In this document: positions 47,307 to 51,793 of the stretch, one piece after another
Layout of the letters: every line of letters begins with the position of its first letter
Numbering within the stretch: position 1 is the first letter of the stretch
Source of the DNA: Catajapyx aquilonaris
Taxonomy: Eukaryota
Reading direction: 5' to 3'
DNA: 51,793 bases
Assembly (NCBI GenBank): GCA_000934665.2
Contig: KZ538722.1
Coordinates: forward strand, 1 to 51,793
Position numbers and translations under genes: made by a program
Notes under the pieces: generated by a model
Database searches by the model: none
Told to the model about the DNA's origin: nothing
Seen by the model: the letters and a program-made list of their open reading frames with translations, nothing else

Positions 47307-50282
47307 ATGTCGTCACCTGAATCTAAAAACCATGAGGTTTTGTACTTGGAGACACTGGCATCTCAATCAACAAAAACGGGACCCAAGAATGACGCTTACG
47401 ACTCATCCACGGACGACTTTACCACAACAATGACCAACCCAAACCTGCTCCTTGCCGGGTTGCTCCTCCGATCAGACACATCATCACACTCGTACAAGGT
47501 ACGTGAGACTTACGGAGACAACCCATTGCACCGAGCAGTCGTCCTGTCCCAAACACACACGGTCAGATCTCTCCTGGACACATGCAAGGAGCACTATCTC
47601 TACAATGGTCGCAACAAAAGGGGCAACACTCCTCTACATTACGCTGCTCAGTCCGGACACTTGGACATCCTGAGAAGCATCTTGGAACAGGAAAGAGTGC
47701 TGGTCAACGCCAGGAACTGGGAAGGACAGACTCCATTGTACCTGGCTGTGCTCAACAACAATGCAGAGGCGGCCGAATTGTTGCTGAAGCACTGGGGAGA
47801 CATGCACGCGAGCGTCGGAGGAGTGTCGATTGAAGAAGCCATCAAGAGCCACCTTCCTGGGACATACGACAGGTGAGGTAGTCGTAGTCGTAGTCGTAGC
47901 GGTGGTAGTAGTCGTAGCAATAGTCGTAACTGGTGGTAGTCGTAGTGGTGGTAATTTCTTTCAAGGCTAGGGCTTGATAAATCCTGATAGTAGAAGGTAT
48001 CGGGACAGTCCCGAGAAAACCGCACCAACACTGAGAGAACTCTTAATCTCTTTCCGCAGTTTGAGCTCGCTTCATATCACCTCAACCAGTCTGGGTACTG
48101 ACAACGTGCGAAATCATCTGTTCAAAGCCGTCTATTCTGAGAGAGAAGACATATTTATCCGGTTGATGAACAGTGTGGGTCAAAACGAGTCCGACTCCAA
48201 CGACGGTCGGTACACTCTTCTCCAAGCCAGTTGCCTGCTCGGACTCGATAGGTGCGTCGACTCTCTTCTGAGACACCATCTTCGTAAATCCGACACATTT
48301 GAGGACGAGTACGTGAATCTTCATGTTCCCATCTTGTGGGCCGCCTCGTGGGGGTACTACAAGGTCCTACCAAAGTTCAAAGGTTTGGCTGGACGATTCG
48401 ACATTGGACAAGATGAGACATTGTTGCACATTCTGGCTAAAGGATTGACCAACAAGCAGAAGGACAGCAGGCCATTCTTCTCACAGGTCTTGTCACATTT
48501 GTCACATTTTGACAAAATTATTAGTAAATATATATTTTTCAGGTGAACTTGTACAGAGCCAAACAGGACTACGACCAATGCATTCTACAGCTTCTGAAGA
48601 GCTCTAACTTTCCACTTGGTATCAACAAACTCGACAATGACAACAATACCCCTTTGTACTATTGCATAACTAACGGCAGATGCGAAGAGACTATCATGGC
48701 CATGTTATCTCATGGTGCTAATCTATGGGCGTTGGACAAATTGGACGCTCCACTTATCAGCTACCTCTCCAAGGAGACACTTGAGAAGTTCTTCGACAGA
48801 TGTGTCAAAGTCACGACAAAACCAAACGACCCCAACATATACGCCCGAATAAGCTACAATTTCATGCAACCAACCGGATCGGACAAAGTGTCCGAATTTG
48901 AGCTGTTGGAGTACTTCAGCAAATGTCAGAAACACTGGTCATTGCTACACCATCCGGTTATACACATCTTACATTTCTTCAAACGAAAGATGACACTATG
49001 TTTCTTCGCTGTTAACACCTTGCTGTACTGGTTCTATGTACTATGTTGGACATTTTTTGCGTTAGAAAATAGCAGTGATTTTTCAGCCAACTCTTGGTCC
49101 GATCGTATCACTTACTATTGGTTTGCCGTGTCGTTACGTGCATCCCTGCATCTTTTAAGAGATCCGCTGATTTTCTTCAAGCGATGGGAAAACACATGTC
49201 GGATCCTCATTCTTTCTTGTTGCGGAATAGTGTTCTTATCACCTGGGTTTTACGATCATGCTAGATCACTAATAACACTCGCATTATGGCTCGAAGTTGC
49301 GTATATGGCAGGACGGTACCCGTTCACATTCTACAGCCATATGTTCGTAGCAGTGTTACGAAGCTACGTACGTGCCTTGATATGCTTCGGATCTGTAGTT
49401 GTTGGCTTTTTGATGAGTTTTTACATCAGTTTTTGTAACGAATCCGGATTGTTGAGTAACAATACACTCAACTGGTCATCGTTCCTTGGACAAACAGAGG
49501 CTGTGGCTAGTCTTATGCTGGGTCAGAATGGCCTTGATGACATACCGTTTGGAAATGAGTTTTGGATAAGTCTGATGATTTACTTTGTGTTTTTGTTCGC
49601 TGTCGGATTGGTGTTCATGAACTTTCTGAACGCCCTGGCTGTGAGTGATATACAGGGATTGGCAGATGAAGCTGAGTTGTACTACAGGAGGTCGTTCATT
49701 GAAGTGATATGTCACTTTGAATCTCTGTTTTGGCCCAGGACGTTCACTAAGGCAAGGTATGATCATTATGGCGTTTATCGTCAAGATAACTGATGCACAC
49801 TTCATTTCAGCACAGGAATGTCATCATTATCTGTAGTACAGAGCTTGGAGAACAAAGTGAAGAGACGTCTGAGTTTGTTTGGGTACATGCATTCATGGAG
49901 GTTAATGAAGGGCAATACCCTGGTCTTGCATGGGGATGTCATGATCGTGGATTTGACCAGCGGAAAGGTCCAGTTTGAAGGACTCGGTCGTGACATGGGA
50001 TGGCAGCTGTCCTTGAAGTACGTGGAGTCCATCAGGAGGTGCCTGCAACGCCAGAGGAGAGACGTGCACATTGGTGACAAGACTTATGATGTCACTTCAG
50101 AGCGGTTTGAAGTACTGAGGAAACATGTGAGGAACATGACTGATCGTTGTGGAATGGTGAAGGATATGGGAGGGTCACAGAGACTGGCAGAGTTGGAAGC
50201 TTCGGTGCATCGTTTGAACGAAGGTTTTATTGGACTAAGAGAAAAACTGGACACGTTGGTAGATTTACTAAAACAACAATAA
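47307..50282 (+). CDS. TRPA-family (Painless-like) channel, paralog C, short ankyrin form (~892 aa); exons 47307-47872, 48060-48486, 48543-49756, 49811-50282
   Basis: Four ORFs homologous to A and B are joined in frame by GT-AG introns at 47873-48059 (phase 2), 48487-48542 (phase 0, restoring FSQ|VNL as in A and B) and 49757-49810 (phase 2). It shares NPNLLLAGLL with B and contains MNFLNALAVSDIQ. Confidence 0.88.
47877..47953 (+). repeat. (GTAGTC/GTGGTA)n microsatellite in intron 1 of TRPA-C
   Basis: Directly visible immediately after the donor site. Confidence 0.85.
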
Positions 50283-50327
50283 AAAGTGGATTCACATTTT
50301 ATTACTTAATGTCGATGTGATAAATGA

Positions 50328-50333
50328 AATAAA
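50328..50333 (+). terminator. Candidate polyadenylation signal of TRPA paralog C
   Basis: AATAAA lies ~45 nt after the stop and is followed by T/GT-rich sequence. A second AATAAA overlaps the stop codon (50278-50283). Confidence 0.5.
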
Positions 50334-50828
50334 TGAACAAATATATATTAGTGTTCTCTTATTTTTAATGGGTGAACATTGTCCCTGAGACATTCAGATA
50401 ATGGATATGTAGACTACGTATATATGATTAGATCATGCGAAACTTCAGTGCTGCCTGATTCGCAACTATGTGTCACTGTGGGGTGTAACTGCAGGACATC
50501 ATAGGTGAGTTACTATTTCAAACTCTCTTTCATACCACTGACATATGCAAATTTGTCCAAATTTTATTTTGCAAGTAAACATGCAGTCTTATTTAATAAT
50601 AAGTGTCCATCTGTATATTGTCGGCCATGTCATAGATATAATGATGCTTTTACGACTCGGTTCAATCAAGAGGGAACTTAATATTTTTCCAAACTCAAAA
50701 ACTATACTTGCATTGGACTCGATCAGATTCGTTTTACAGTAAAATCAGTTCTGAAGAGGCTTCTGGTATGTGCAAAAAAATCATCATGCAAACAACTATA
50801 GTAATTATTATTATTGTGGTAATTCAGA

Positions 50829-50923
50829 GAAACGATAAGACTATTGTAATAATCATAACAAGGGCCGGCGACATTGTTTGGCGCCGGACCTTGTTATGAT
50901 TATTACAATAGTCTTATCGTTTC
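50829..50923. repeat. Long hairpin: 42-bp arms, one mismatch, 11-nt loop
   Basis: 50829-50870 pairs with 50882-50923 except at G50864/A50888. Confidence 0.92.
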
Positions 50924-51793
50924 GCTTCTCACTGCCTTTCTGGCTGATAAATGAAAGCCAATCAATATTGACATTTTCTTCAGCGGAAATGACGGATCTC
51001 TATTTTCCCCATCGTATAGCAATGTCTCTGAAAGGGTTTAAGAAAATTTTACAAGCGTCAGCTTGGTGTGTGACCTTCGATCTTGCAAGTTCAGATATCA
51101 GAAAATATCGGGATTTTTTCCGGTGGTTCTTCGGTGTTAGCGGTCAACGGTGCTCTTGGGCTGGGATTTTCGTTTCCTTTGAGTGCTCTAAGTATCATGT
51201 GGGTACATTGTTTTGTTGTTTTTTTGACATGTTTTTGTTACAGAAAAATTGATAAAATGCTGGGAGTTAACTCCATACTATCTCATCTGGCTTGGATTTG
51301 AAGGAACTGTGTATAAATAATCACACGTTGTCCTTTATCAGCTGGATTGACCTACTGCTCTCGCTTAGAAATTATCCAGCTTTGCTGACACTTTTACAGT
51401 CCTTACTCTAAGGCGCTTTTTTCAAACGGTAAGTACTGTCCCCCACCCCCACTAAAAACTGTCGAAAGTCCAACTTAAGTCCTAAGGATTTTCTTAGGGT
51501 TTCTAACAGTAAAAAAAATAAATAAAAAACCTTTTTAAGAACACTCTTTATATTAATCCAATTTCCAAGTGCACTAAAAAGTAGAAAATAAATTTTTCTT
51601 CCTCAATCTTCAGCTTTCTCTTTTACCTTGAACTGAACAGAAGATTCATGACTTTCTTTCCATGGAATTCAGCTACTGCAGTATTGTCTTGCTTTTCTTA
51701 TATTCTTATACGGCCTACATGACGAAAAATAAAGCGTGGGCACTAAATGACACATTATCTACTTCCATGGCATGAAATATAACCATGTACAGT

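Overview
Eukaryotic, almost certainly arthropod, genomic DNA with spliceosomal introns and N-gaps. Bases 1-27 kb contain no supportable protein-coding gene, only minisatellites, a tRNA-derived SINE, MITE/Helitron-like relics and CTCF/PHO-like motifs. Bases 27-50 kb hold a compact sensory-receptor cluster. It has three intact Painless-like TRPA channel genes (A: +, ~1313 aa, ~20 ankyrin repeats; B: -, ~809 aa; C: +, ~892 aa; B and C are head-to-head and have ~8 repeats) and two intronless divergent ionotropic receptor (IR) genes. A ~8-9 kb tandem segmental duplication produced [A, IR1, psi-B][psi-A, IR2, B] C: each TRP duplicate was lost reciprocally while both IRs stayed intact and diverged in patches. 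The junction carries a fold-back inverted duplication. The TRP paralogs differ at the predicted selectivity filter (LGEID / LGQRD / LGQNG), in ankyrin number, in intron number and in the C-terminal coiled coil. Family calls come from motif recognition only; no database searches were run.
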